A DNA stretch of 63,452 nt, counting the filler, from Rhabdomonas costata (taxonomy: Eukaryota): NCBI GenBank assembly GCA_019059605.1. It is 42 parts of 42 records of this genome, joined end to end, with 100 filler letters (N's around TTAATTAATTAA, not from the genome) between each part and the next. Parts side by side here need not be neighbours in the genome. Positions count along the whole stretch, not along the records: positions 51,450 to 52,863 come from JAHMHO010016648.1; positions 52,964 to 54,376 come from JAHMHO010016649.1; positions 54,477 to 55,886 come from JAHMHO010016650.1; positions 55,987 to 57,400 come from JAHMHO010016651.1; positions 57,501 to 58,913 come from JAHMHO010016652.1; positions 59,014 to 60,426 come from JAHMHO010016653.1; positions 60,527 to 61,939 come from JAHMHO010016654.1; positions 62,040 to 63,452 come from JAHMHO010016655.1; 34 more parts are not named here. One strand, given 5' to 3'. Of the stretch, positions 51,991 through 63,452 are shown in pieces (the first letter of the stretch is position 1; each line of letters opens with the position of its first letter). A program made the position numbers and the translations under genes. Under the pieces are notes generated by a model. That model had not been told where the DNA came from. It made no database searches and worked only from the letters and a program-made list of their open reading frames with translations.

Positions 51991-52241
51991 GTATGCAATT
52001 GAGGCACAATGTGAAAACTCAAGCCCGTACACTTCGTCTCGTTATTGGACTTAGCAACGTGAAACCATGCTTTTTCCATGCCAGATGACACGAACTGTAC
52101 CTCTAGTTTTCCTTTTGGTGAGTTTTGTGAGACAACTGAGCAAGGGAGTCTTCTATGGATGGTGAATCATGTTTTATTTGGATGGGAGAGGATTTTCTAT
52201 TGCAGCCCTTTGTGCCGTTTTTCTCTGTGTCTGTGGTGAAG

Positions 52242-52359
52242 ATGACGCTGGAAGAGGCCCTGCGTCAGCCCTCCCGTTCCCTCAGCCCGGAGGTGGTTCG
52301 GCTTCTTGGGGGGCTTTCCCCCCAAGGCATGGCGAAGGTCAACACTGACCTCTGCCGAG
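52242..52359 (+). CDS. Unassigned exon with GC donor
   Basis: GC-rich frame MTLEEALRQP...VNTDLCRG lies between a pyrimidine tract-aag and G|gcatgc followed by (CA)n. Confidence 0.4.
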
Positions 52360-52728
52360 GCATGCACACACACACGCGCACGCACCACTGCTTTTCTTTT
52401 TCATAGGGAGTTTTGGTGGACTCGATCGGTTATCTTCAGTTGTAGTAGACAAAGATCCGGGGACGAGTGGAGAAGCCAACACGGGAATAAACGATGGGCC
52501 ATGGTGGGTACTAGTAGATTGATTGTCTGGACTGCTCAGTAACTCCCACTCAAGTGGATGTTTAGGGCAAACACTGCTGAAACTTCCATTCGTGCCTACC
52601 TCTAGGCCGCCTCTACCGTCTCTCCCTCTTCACTGAATACCTCCTTGACATGTGAAAGGCGGGAGGGGGGAGCACCGCTGTGGCAGGTGGACTGACTGAC
52701 CTACCAGGAACAGTTTGCTCTTTTGGTA

Positions 52729-52852
52729 GAAATTCTCTGCTTTTTGCGTAGTACCATCTCGTTTCGTGATACTATTTTGCATGTCGGGGTGCTGCGAGAC
52801 GCAAAATAGTATCACGAAACGAGATGGTACTACGCAAAAAGCAGAGAATTTC
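52729..52852. repeat. 52-bp perfect inverted repeat at contig end (fold-back)
   Basis: 52729-52780 is the reverse complement of 52801-52852, then acccaaccccc. Confidence 0.9.
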
Positions 52853-52977
52853 ACCCAACCCCCNNNNNNNNNNNNNNNNNNNNNNNNNNNNNNNNNNNNN
52901 NNNNNNNTTAATTAATTAANNNNNNNNNNNNNNNNNNNNNNNNNNNNNNNNNNNNNNNNNNNNTGTGTTGGTTACAG

Positions 52978-53280
52978 GATACAAGCCTCACGGCAGCCCT
53001 TATGGGGGATCCCCGCTCCACCCAAAGACTTCTCCAATTACTACGGCGGCTTCGTGACCGCCGCCCCTGCGGCGGCCCGCTTCCTGCCTTCCACATCCGC
53101 CCCAGAAGTGATCCTCCACGAGAAGCCCGCGGCCCACTCCATCCCAACAAATGCCCCAACCACGGCCGTTGCTGATGCCGTCCAGTGCGACGAGCGGAAT
53201 GCTTCGCCTGCTCGGCCCTTTTCCTACGCCGCGGGAAAGGAAGTGGCGTACACCCCTTCGCCGCAGCCCCAGCTCCAGCC

Positions 53281-53312
<32 letters not shown>

Positions 53313-54376
53313 TGCCCCGGAGGCCTTCCCCCCCTCCTTTGGGTGGGACGGCACAACGGCGCCGGGTGGCCACGGTGGCGCTGCCCCCAGCGCACAACCA
53401 GCAGAGGTTCAACCAGCTCTACGAGGACAGCTTCCGCCGCGGGGAGCGGCTGCGCAGGCTCCGCGAGGAGATGGCCTCGCTGAACAACCTGCGAGAGCGC
53501 ACCCTGCGAAAGTGCGCGCGTGCGTCGAGTGAGTGAGTAGCTGGGTGTGTAATTTAGTTTGGAATGGTATGGTATGGTGTGGCGTAGGGCGAGCGCAGAA
53601 GATTGGGTACCCTGCGAAGTTCTAAAGAGCCAGTAGGCTGCGATGAAACGATGGACAACCCCACTGCCTCCCAAATTAGCTCTCATTGAGGCAGAAGAGA
53701 AATGCCCTTAATTCGATCATTCCTTGCGCAACCACCGTGTGCTGGTGTGCACTTCCTAGAATGCGAGTGCGTCCCAAAACACTGGGACGACACGTTCCAC
53801 GTGGACAGTGCCGCGAGCACTGCGCACAGACGGGCGGACACGAATGCCCTCGTTCACGGCATGAGTTGAGTGGTTCATCTCCACCTTCTCTATGTTGCGT
53901 CTGAAGAAAAAGAAGAAGGAGACGCGTAGAGGGAGAGATGGAAGGGAAGGGAACGGGAATGGTGCACGAAAAAATCTCAAATTTTGCGCATCTCCTCACA
54001 ATGAATTTTATGAATATGTGGTCAATGCATCAGTTCCCTTTTTCTTGCAACACGCTGTTGTTTTTGCCTTCGCTGCGCCTGCGCTCGATTTCGATTTTTT
54101 CCTTTGTTCCGATTTTTCCTTTGTTTTGCACAGCTGCACCTTCCAGCCCAACGCCAACCGGGTGCCCTCTGTAGCCCCCCCGCCTCGTCCCGGTGAGGTC
54201 TCGATCTGGGAGCGTCTGTACCAGGCTCGGCTGGACATCGAAAAGCACCGCCGCGAGAAGCTCCAGGAGCGTCAGCGGGAGGAGAACAAGCGGTACACCT
54301 TCAAGCCCGCGCTGCGCACCTCTAGCCCGGGGCTTGCCCTGCGCCAGACCCCACCCCCCCCAAACACACCCACCAC
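52978..54376 (+). CDS. Low-complexity coiled-coil protein with (C/Y)TFxP and ERLY motifs, probably cytoskeletal; exons 52978-53511 and 54134->54376
   Basis: RFNQLYED...TLRN|CTFQP...IWERLY...YTFKP; AA|gtgcgc...cag|C restores frame. Confidence 0.7.
53282..53311 (+). repeat. (CAG)10 coding microsatellite (polyQ)
   Basis: Ten consecutive CAG in the coding frame. Confidence 0.95.
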
Positions 54377-54476
54377 NNNNNNNNNNNNNNNNNNNNNNNN
54401 NNNNNNNNNNNNNNNNNNNNTTAATTAATTAANNNNNNNNNNNNNNNNNNNNNNNNNNNNNNNNNNNNNNNNNNNN

Positions 54477-55609
54477 GGTTTGGTGGTACCCTCGAACACC
54501 ACTCTTCCTCCAGCCAGTGTTCTGCAGGGTACCACCACACCTCCTCAGCCGTGCCAGTTCTGTGACCCTCGAAACGTCTGCCCTGCTTTGAGGACATTTC
54601 TTAGCCAGACTGTCAGCAATGCCTCTGGGGGTACTGTTTCTAGGCCTGCTTCCCTTGCGCTGCCGTTCTGCACGGTGCCCGAGCCTGCGGGTACTGAGGT
54701 TTGGCCGGCGTGGCCCGGAGAGGGAGAGGGGAACTTCTCCGCAGAGGGGAGGAGCACAACACTCACGCAGAGGTGGCTGTTTGAGTGGCAGCATCCGCCC
54801 AGCTGCAGGGATCGACCGGTGATGCTGTACCGCACGCGCAGCAGCGGCATGGGTGCCGCCCTGCACGGTGTCTTTGCTTCCCTCTGCATTAGTTCCTTGT
54901 TAGTTTTGTCGATTCTTGCCCAGTACCAAGTTTTTCGGCAATGCTGAAATACCTTTCATGACCCTGTGGACTCGAAATTACAAAATTCGGATGCTCTAGC
55001 CCTTCTGCCTTCTTCCTTCATAGAGTGTTACGAACTCCGCTCTGAACTGAAAAGTATTCCATAAATAAAGTATCTCTCAAGTCGGGCACAAAAAATACAC
55101 CCGTCTGCCAAGGCTAATTGTAATGCAAACAAGATGGAGAGTTCATTATGAAGAAGTGATCAAATTGAATAGAAGTGGAAAGTCGTTCCCATTGTTCCCG
55201 TGGTTTATCCGGAATGCCATCGTTAAACTCCACTGATCCGCTGGTCCCTTGATACGGTTTGTAAGCTCCTGTTCCCTCCTCCCCCCGCCCCCAATGCACC
55301 AATGGCAGCCAATTTCATCTTCACGGCTAGAGGTCTGGAAGGTTTGCATAGCGCTTGCGTCCTTGCGTGGATGCCAATTCTGCACGGGCACCTGCACCCT
55401 GCGCGCCTTTCTGTAGGAGTGAGCTGGGCCCTCGCAATGGCAATCTCCTCGGGGCGTGTGCTGGTGCCCATCCGGCACTGGTACTGGGCCCCTCACCCCT
55501 TTGGACTCGAGTACTATTTCCCTCCCATCACGAACTGCACCCCTCCTCAGCGGCACGGGGAGTGTCAGGTTTTGAACAGTGAAACCCTTGAAGAGGTGAA
55601 GAACGCCAG
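54477..55609 (+). CDS. GT23 / alpha-1,6-fucosyltransferase (FUT8)-like protein; exons <54477-54867 and 55417-55609
   Basis: LTQRWLFEWQHPPSC...SGMGAALHG|VSWALAMAISSGRVLV..WYW...EYYFPPITNC parallels FUT8 'QRRI.YLQNP.DC...GYGCQLHH.......RTL...W..VF.PVS.TC'. Confidence 0.75.
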
Positions 55610-55986
55610 GTAGGTGCACACGCGCACATGCACATGCACATGCATATGCATATCGCGGTGACAGGCCACCGCGCGAGTTCGGGGCTCACGGGGCAGCCTT
55701 CAGAGATCCTACGAAGTTACTCTGGCGCTGATCGGCGCCTCCATGGCACCATTGTGACAGAGGGCTCTGGAAATGAGCACCCCGGCAATTAGCGAGCGTG
55801 TCCGCTACATCCGCCAGCCAGGACTAAGTAAATGTGAACGGTTGTGTGAAAAGTGAAATCGAGTTCAGCACGGTTCCCCCAACAACNNNNNNNNNNNNNN
55901 NNNNNNNNNNNNNNNNNNNNNNNNNNNNNNTTAATTAATTAANNNNNNNNNNNNNNNNNNNNNNNNNNNNNNNNNNNNNNNNNNNN

Positions 55987-56510
55987 GGTTGTGGGGAGAG
56001 TGGGCTCTAGGGAAGCAAAGGGGACCGTGCGTGCCGCGTACGTGAGCTTGCACGCTCCGAGACAGTAACGCAACAGAAGAAGGGCGGTCTGGGGGCACTC
56101 CAGGGCAGCCAGGCGCTCTAGAAAACCCTCGAGGTCGGCCAGGTGTTTGGCGCAATAAGCTTCAAAGTGCGTTGGGGGTCCCACATAGGAGCCCAAAACA
56201 GTGAGGCCATTGCTCAAAGGCACGTGCGTGAGGCGGTGAAGCAGAGAGCACTCAGGAAAAAGAGACGCATCACCCCAAATCCGGGATTTCCGGGATTGAA
56301 CAGGTCCTATTGAACTTTGAACTGAAAGTGTGAAAGTCGACGTTAAATTTGGCCCGGTATTCAAGGAGTTTTGATCTTCTTGTGTGGGCATGACTTTGAA
56401 CTTTGAATTGAAAGGAGGGGTGCTCAATGTTTTCGTTTCGAGACTGAGGCGAAGAAAGCTCAAAGCCTGACTCAAGATCACACACTTGGGAATTTCCAGA
56501 AGACACCAGT
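55987..56510 (-). mobile_element. CRE-clade (SLACS/CZAR/CRE-like) non-LTR retrotransposon fragment, RT C-terminus/thumb
   Basis: KSRIW...GLTVLGSYVG...LAALECPQTALLLLRYCLGACKLTYAARTVP matches 'G..vLGspiG...pQ.allLLRyC...kl.y..Rt.P'. Confidence 0.75.
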
Positions 56511-56523
56511 CATAGGTTAAAGG

Positions 56524-56579
56524 CAGGAACGCAAAGCCGCATAAGCCGCATCAGGAACGCAAAGCCGCATCAGCCGCAT
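56524..56579 (+). repeat. 28-bp direct tandem repeat, two copies
   Basis: caggaacgcaaagccgcat(a/c)agccgcat at 56524 and 56552. Confidence 0.9.
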
Positions 56580-57500
56580 CGCTGGAGAACTCGAAAACGG
56601 GAACGGGCGCAGGAGAAGCGTTGCGGGCCGTTTGGGTATGGGGATGGGGATGGCATGAGCTGCTTGTATTTGTCCTGCCAGTGAGGACTCATTTCCGGTT
56701 TGCAGTCGTGTGGAGGGAGGGAGGGTGGTCACAAAGATATAAATGACAAAACTCGATTTAAAAATGGAAAAACTCATAATTCACCTCTCTTGTGCAAACG
56801 CTTCTCGGGTCCTGTTCCCTTCCCCATGCCCCCGTATGGTCAATGTTGGATCGGAAACTATGGTGGTAGAATGTCCCTCCCGGCCCTGCACTTTTTCGGG
56901 ACCAACGTTGACCGGCGGGGGAATGGGGTAACGAGATACAGAATTATTTTCCATTTTAAGCCTCTTTTTATTTCGAGTTTTGTCATATTAATGGGAGGCG
57001 AAATTCCAATAGATTTACTGCAATTAACTTTTAGTGTTGCCTACATCGTCGCTTCGCTCCGTGCTGGCCACCAAACTGTTGTGGATTTTCACCACATTAT
57101 TTTGCTCCTTCTACAAGTCAAAACTTCCGTGCGGGCATTTTCTCACTCACCGTGGGGGGCGAAAAATGGAACAAAAGGAATTGTGGAAGTCCAAAAAGCA
57201 GCCAAAAGAAAAGCGCTGAAAATGGGTTAACAACGACCCTAAAAGCCCCTTGGAAGTGCACTAACGAGGTCTATCTCACGCAATTGTGATGTCAGTCTGA
57301 AGTACTCCTGGGTACCAACACAAGACACACTAAGGACCTCGGTCTGAGAGCTTGAGCGCTGGTCTTGAGCCGTCACAATTTGTAATGCGCCGCAAAAAAC
57401 NNNNNNNNNNNNNNNNNNNNNNNNNNNNNNNNNNNNNNNNNNNNTTAATTAATTAANNNNNNNNNNNNNNNNNNNNNNNNNNNNNNNNNNNNNNNNNNNN

Positions 57501-58912
57501 GTTGGGTGGGCGCTGCGCCACGCCGAACAAGTCGACTGTGCGGCCGAAGTAGCAGGTGACGCTCTTGACCTTGTCGAATATCCAGTTATGCTCGAACTCC
57601 ATGACCTGAAGGCGACCCGACGGTGGCGAAGGGAACGGAAGAAGGGGAGGGGGGGGGAAGGATCGACACCCAGCCAGCAAACGCAGCAAATGCAAGGGCA
57701 GTCCGAAGTCTCAGCGACGTCTCAGCAGCATAAATACAAACAGAGGCTATGGGATGGAACATGGAAGGAGAGGAGTGAAGTAGAATGGACCAGCTTGTGT
57801 TTGTGAAAGAGGTGGCAGTGTGTCGAGTGAAGGGAGAAACCTCTCCCTCGGGCGCCAGCCTGGCGAGCTGGTCGGGCAGCACGTTGCGGGGCAGGAAGTA
57901 GATGATGTCTGGACACACCGCGGCGGTGCGGCGGAAGATCTCGCGGCCATCCAGCGGGGCCATCTGCCGCAGGTCAAACACCGCGAAGTGGGAGTACACA
58001 CGGCGGCGACAGGAATATAATGTCCGCCCTCAGCCGCCGAAGTACCGTGAAGTAGTCCCCCAGAATCCACTCTGCGCCCCCGCCGCACCCGAATGCCAGC
58101 CACATTCCCATTGCACTGGGTGCTTGAGCGTAGGGTGCAGAGGACGGTTGGGCAGTGGGGCTCACAATTTACCTCCAACCAAAAATTAGCAGACCACGGA
58201 GTCAGACAGCAGCAGCAGCCCTTTTTCCGGCACATCAGACTATTGTGGATGTGGCACCAGTCTGCAAGTTCCGGGTTCCGTCCCTTAAATAATGACGCAG
58301 CGTTGTGTAGGCGTTAGAGATGCACGGCGGGCATCTCATGGCGTTCACTGCGCTTGTGTTGTGGGTGCTGCGAAATTTTCTTCCTCCATATATCCAACAG
58401 GATTGAGGGCTTGCAAACGACTATGCACACTAGCCACACTAAAACCTGAAGGCAAAGATGCATGTCATGTATTTCTGAGGGAGTCACCACAGCCCATACA
58501 GAGCGCGGGGACGGCGCTCACAGACACCAATTTTGTCGAAGACGCCGTAGATCCTCGCGTTGTGCTGGGCGCACCTCACTTTTATCGGGTCCACGTCCAC
58601 GGCGATCACCCTAGGAAACACCTTTGCGAACTGAATCGCGTTGCCCCCGGGCCCACTGAAGGCATCCACCACCACCGCAGCCTCGGGGTACACCGCACGG
58701 GCACGCCGGGCGATGTGCTCGGCGATGGCCTCTGGGGTGACGCTGTACCACGACTCACGGTCCATCCAGACCCCACGGTCGAACAGCGACCAGAACCGGT
58801 ACCGCTGCGAGAAATACTTCCGAAGCTGAGGCGAGGCCTGAAGCTCGGGACCGGACATCACCCACTCCGGAGGGGCCTCCGCACAAAGGGAAGGAGCTCC
58901 CCTACCCGCCAC
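57501..58912 (-). CDS. TGS1: Trimethylguanosine synthase; exons <58912-58528, 58071-57841, 57605->57501; apparent frameshifting deletion at 57999/57998
   Basis: KYFSQRYRFWSLFDRGVWMDRESWYSVTPEAIAEHIA...DAFSGPGGNAIQFA...AQHNARIYGV..IE|WILGDY...DIIFLSPP[WGGP missing]YS...YFLPRN...|EFEHNW..KVKSVTCYFG. Confidence 0.93.
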
Positions 58913-59631
58913 CNNNNNNNNNNNNNNNNNNNNNNNNNNNNNNNNNNNNNNNNNNNNTTAATTAATTAANNNNNNNNNNNNNNNNNNNNNNNNNNNNNNN
59001 NNNNNNNNNNNNNTTTTGGTTTGCAAGGTCGAGCTGCATCGCCGGTACCGATTGCACGGATGACTTGATCGCACTCTTAGGAGATGCCTCCACATGGGCA
59101 CGTGTGGGCAGTGGGTGCATGGACACGCAGCTAGTTACAGGCGTCCTGCTGGTCTTGGCGGAAGTTCTCGGGGCCCAAATGGCTATGGTGCGTCCGTTTG
59201 TGCTGATGTGCGCACCTACCCGTGGTTTGTGGGTGTCAGCTCTGCTGTGATCTAGAATTCAGGAGTGTGGCTCGAAGGCGGGTTTGTTGGGTTCTAATGC
59301 GGCTGCTGTTTATTCTGTAGATGCCTCTTCGGCTGCGGCTGCACTCTTGGGCGTAGGCAACGTCCCTGGTTGCTGTGGTTCGTCTTGGTCTGGGACATCT
59401 GGCAGAAGCCAGGTGTCGTTCTGATCGCTGGAGGCTCTCCTGTATCGGCTGACTGGGCACTTATACGCTGACGCTGCTTGTGTTGAATTGGCAGCAGGCT
59501 ACAGTGTGGCTGAGGGATCAAAGGAATGGAGGACATAGCAAGTTTGGATTCATTGATCAGAGGTGTGGTCAGGGTAGGCGCAGTGCGAGGTAGGTTTAAG
59601 TGTGGGTGTGAAGCTGCATAAACATTAAGTC

Positions 59632-59910
59632 AATTACACCACGCACAAAAAGTAGCTGATGGCTCTTTTCAAAGCTGTCTGTAGTTGGAAGCACTACTTC
59701 CATGGTTCCAAAGTTGAATTTTTCACCGACAACACTTGCGCCATATACACTCACACAATTGCAAAGCCGAGTTTCAGAAAACTTTGTTGCATGCACCGAT
59801 TGCAGGAATTAGAGATATTGGCCGTCATCCAATTTCCAGTACGACTCTCGAGCTCTTTTTACTTTCACCCTCAGACCAATGAGATTATCCAGTTCTTGCA
59901 GATGTTTCAT
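59632..59910 (+). mobile_element. Decayed Ty3/gypsy-type RNase H
   Basis: NYTTHKK*LMALFKAVCSWKHYFHGSKVEFFTDN (cf. NYTTHEKELLA...WRHYL.G......TD); later PVLADV in a shifted frame. Confidence 0.7.
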
Positions 59911-60836
59911 TGGCGTTCCCACTATAGAAGATTCTGATTGCGAGAGGTCAGTTGTCCGATCACTACCACAAGAAAAGCAACCTCCATTCAGTCGTCACTC
60001 ACATGGCCTGACTTCTAAAATAAATCGTATTAACTTCCACCGCAAGCACGTGGAGAGAGCTCCGAGATGTATGGGATCCAATTTGGAGCCTTCCGTACAA
60101 AGCTCCAGCGCGCGACCAGACCAATTCCAGAAGCAGCAGTAGCGCTCAAGCAGGAAATCAACATGTAATGTGTCAGGTCTCGCATAAAAACTAGAATCTT
60201 CGCTAGATCCATTTACATTTAAAACTACAAGTCAGATTTCCAAAATGCCAGAACATTACACACCATGCAAACCAGTATCCGACATTCTGAGTTCAGAAAT
60301 TGTGGAATCAATTCAACATTGTGCCTTTCAGGCACAGACAATTGGATTCTGTATAACGAGTGTATCGAGAAATTGACCCAAACAAACGAACATTCCGTAA
60401 ATGAGCATTATTAACACCCACACCCCNNNNNNNNNNNNNNNNNNNNNNNNNNNNNNNNNNNNNNNNNNNNTTAATTAATTAANNNNNNNNNNNNNNNNNN
60501 NNNNNNNNNNNNNNNNNNNNNNNNNNTGTGGGGGAAAGTTTCTTGGAATGGAAGGATCATGGTTGTTCGCCTGCGCCCCGCGCCACACCCAACCATAATC
60601 CTTCCATTCCAAGAAACTTTCCCCCATTCCATAAAAACCAGGACGCATTTCCAGCAAAGGAAGCAACATCAGGCTGAAAAGAGAATGCGGTGCAATTGAA
60701 CTTGGGGGAGGTGGGGTAACGGTTACCCACTTTTTCCTATGCAGCAGCAACACCAATCCCACGACCGTGAAGCTAACCAATGTAAAAACCAACGGATCAT
60801 TCCATCGGGATGTTTCAGGATTGAGCATGCGTGAAC

Positions 60837-61629
60837 CTGGCCTGTGGGATTGGAGTAAGTCTCCGTGCGGTACGGCGCAGGCGAGACCAGAGCCAAGTCG
60901 TACAGCACTCCTTCGGGGAGCGCAGCATCCTCGAAGCGGTCAACAATGAAGGTATACCGAGAGGTGTCCCCTCCGCCAAAGGCGTCGATGATCTCCTGGT
61001 AGCCTGCCAAGAACAAAAACCCAAAGCGTAAAACAACCTCAAGAGCACACTGGAAATCTCTCCAAAGGGAAGCCAGACCATGGACATCAGATGGACATCA
61101 GGGTCGCATGTGTGTTTGTGTGCAATTGGAGATCCAGGTGGTCAAACAAAAACGAGCACCTCTTCATCTCGAATTTCTCTCATTTGGCCCAGGAGAAGCA
61201 AAGGCGTGCGATTTAAAGGCAGCCGCAAAAGCAGCAGATAGTGGGGTGCTGTAGACAGCTGTTATACGACGCGTGAGGACTTCATCGCTTTGATAATTAC
61301 CTTGCCTGAGGTCTGGGTTGCAGTCCACCCCGACGTATCTCTGAATAGTGGGCTCTGCAATTGCCGCCAGCAGGCGGTCTCCCCACCCCGCTGCCGCGTC
61401 CAGCACCCTTCTCGGCCCCCCGAGCAGCTGGAGCAGGGCTCGGTACACCGTGGGCTTGCCCTGCCGCGCCTCCTTCACCACTGTGTACAGGCGCTCGCGG
61501 AGCACGGCAGGGGTAAGACCCGGGGTGGAGGAATCCTCGACCATCCCGGGAAGCCACCTGGAGTGGAGGTCAGCCCGAGACCAGTGATCCATCGGGCTGA
61601 ACCGTTCGCCGTACCCCACGCTGCGGATC
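60837..61629 (-). CDS. SAM-dependent amino-(N4C/N6A) DNA-methyltransferase-like protein; exons 61629-61301 and 61003-~60837
   Basis: VLDAAAGWGDRLLAAIA...YVGVDCNPDLRQG|YQEII...RFEDA...YDLALVSPAPYRTETYS; 297-nt GT-AG intron keeps frame. Confidence 0.75.
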
Positions 61630-63452
61630 CTGTGGACAGAACACACCCGGAGTCTGCCTAACGCTGGCTTTCTCGACTAATAACGAGCTGTGCCCCTGCT
61701 GCGGAACGCCACAAAGGCTTTTTTACGAAGTGATTCCGATTCAATGTGGGGAGCAAACAAAAATTTCCGAAGAAATCCAATGCTTCTGGAATAATAACGG
61801 ACTTGCCCGACGCAGGAACCATACACCAGAGAAATTGGGCCAAATGTCCGCCCGAGGGGCGCAACGAAACCCTCGGGAGGACTCTTGCATTGGCCCTGAA
61901 GAGAAGCACAAACTGGAACTTGAATGTGACACCAACACANNNNNNNNNNNNNNNNNNNNNNNNNNNNNNNNNNNNNNNNNNNNTTAATTAATTAANNNNN
62001 NNNNNNNNNNNNNNNNNNNNNNNNNNNNNNNNNNNNNNNGTGTTGGGCGGTGTGGTGACGATTGACAGCATGGGGGAGAGCTACCGGAGCCTGGCCTGCG
62101 CGGTGCGTGGTTAGATAATCTAGCAGAATTTTTCTGTGTGCATTTTTGGGGCCCGTCATTGGTTTCGGGTTTCCTTTTTTTCGGCTTCAATGTCCTTTGT
62201 TACCGTGAATGTGCTCGCTGAGCTTTGGTACGAAGCGAATGCACCCAGAGGGGCTGGAATTGCACCGTGTTAGATCAAACGATTGGCCAAGGACCGACAT
62301 TTTGGACCTGTTCGTTGGTACGTGCTGTAACAGTGCCCTGCCGCAACCTTTCCAAGACCCTCCGCGTGGTAATGGGGCTAAGTTGCGGTCGGTTGTTTGA
62401 TGTGGATGGGCTGCGGGTATGGCGGAGAGTTAGTTCTGTTCTTGCAATCAGGTGGTGGAGAAACGGATGGTGGACTTCCTGGCGACAATGCAAGCCTCGA
62501 CAAAGCAACTTCTGGAGTACGCCGCGCACTCCACGGTTGGCCCAGGTGCGCAAGGAATTATCTTTTTTTTCGCTGTCCGTCTGTCGGCGATTCCCGTTTT
62601 GCCAACTTTACGTTTTCTCAACTCGTCTCCTTCCCTCCTTCACGGCGGGTGTTTGTTTCGAAGGCGGTTGGTTTTGGCATCTGCGCCGGGATTGTGTCAG
62701 GCGTTGGCTTTCCCGCGGTGAATTTACCCCCGAACAGACGGAACAGCAAGCAGCTCGGGTCTTTTGCATTTGTCAACGGAGTCAATTGGAAACGGCCCTC
62801 TCGGGACTCCCGAACCGGAGTTCCGGATTGAAGGACTGCAGTGTTGCTAAGGGGGGCTAATCGCGCCACGTGCCCCCCCCCCCTTCCTTGCGGTTGTCTG
62901 TCGGTTAACCATAAGTTGCACGCCATGCAAAAATGTGTTGGTTGTCAGCACTTGAGAAGAGTAGCCACGGGCGAGTTTATTTTACCCATCCAGGAAATGG
63001 TAAATAAACGTCGCTTACTAGTTTTTCAATTGCCATGGCTGAGCAGGGAAGAAAACCCAGTTGGAATCCCTCATTTCACCTTTTGCTATATTTCAGCCTT
63101 AGTTTTTCGATCATTTGTATTGTCCGCACGTTGCTGTCCAAACGTTTGCTGTACTGCCTACTTTGGAAACGTGGGTCCCCAAGTTGGTAATCACATCCGG
63201 AAGGGCTCCTTGTTTCTCTCCCAAAAATCTCTCGAAATGTAAATAAAAGTGAATGCGGATGCATCAAAAGGAGGGTGAAATCGTGGTGTCCGCAACGATA
63301 TTCCCATGTGTCCCTCACCTCAGCAAAGCTCGAAAGTACTTGTCTCGCAGTCGTTTGCCGTCCGCATGGTTTCCCCTTATGGGTTCAGGCAACCCCTCCA
63401 CTGCGGACATCCGCCTGAAGATGTTCACCATCCTCAGGAACACCCACCCCAC

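Noticed and set aside
57501..61629. Apparent methyltransferase cluster (TGS1 near the DNA-MTase-like gene) and other gene neighbourhoods such as tricorn next to LRR
   Set aside because: The genes are on different contigs joined by length order; adjacency carries no biological information

Overview
This window is not one locus. It is 42 unrelated contigs of about 1.4 kb (apparently length-sorted) joined by an artificial N44-TTAATTAATTAA-N44 linker, so gene neighbourhood across linkers is meaningless. Most contigs begin with G/T-only bases and end with C/A-only bases, and seven carry terminal fold-back inverted repeats; this points to degenerate-primer whole-genome amplification, probably of single cells. 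The DNA is from an intron-rich, flagellated eukaryote, probably a euglenozoan (euglenid-like). The evidence is a trypanosomatid-like enolase, IFT27, a dynein-like fragment, and GTGTG/GTRYGY-type donors with frequent GC donors. By splicing exons manually I recovered partial genes for enolase, IFT27, TGS1, SmF, a class III nucleotidyl cyclase, GT1 and GT23 glycosyltransferases, Vps52-like, EH, ARM, ankyrin, SPRY, SGNH, HisKA and kinase fragments, an intronless F-box/27-aa LRR gene, and relics of several retroelement classes. The leads most worth following are: two prokaryote/virus-type genes that have acquired spliceosomal introns (tricorn protease; an amino-DNA-methyltransferase with altered motif IV); an R-S-E ADP-ribosyltransferase; small frameshifting deletions in TGS1 and the ART; isolated in-frame TAG codons; and unusually common GC donors. 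No rRNA, CRISPR array or convincing tRNA was found. All family assignments come from remembered motifs, not database searches.
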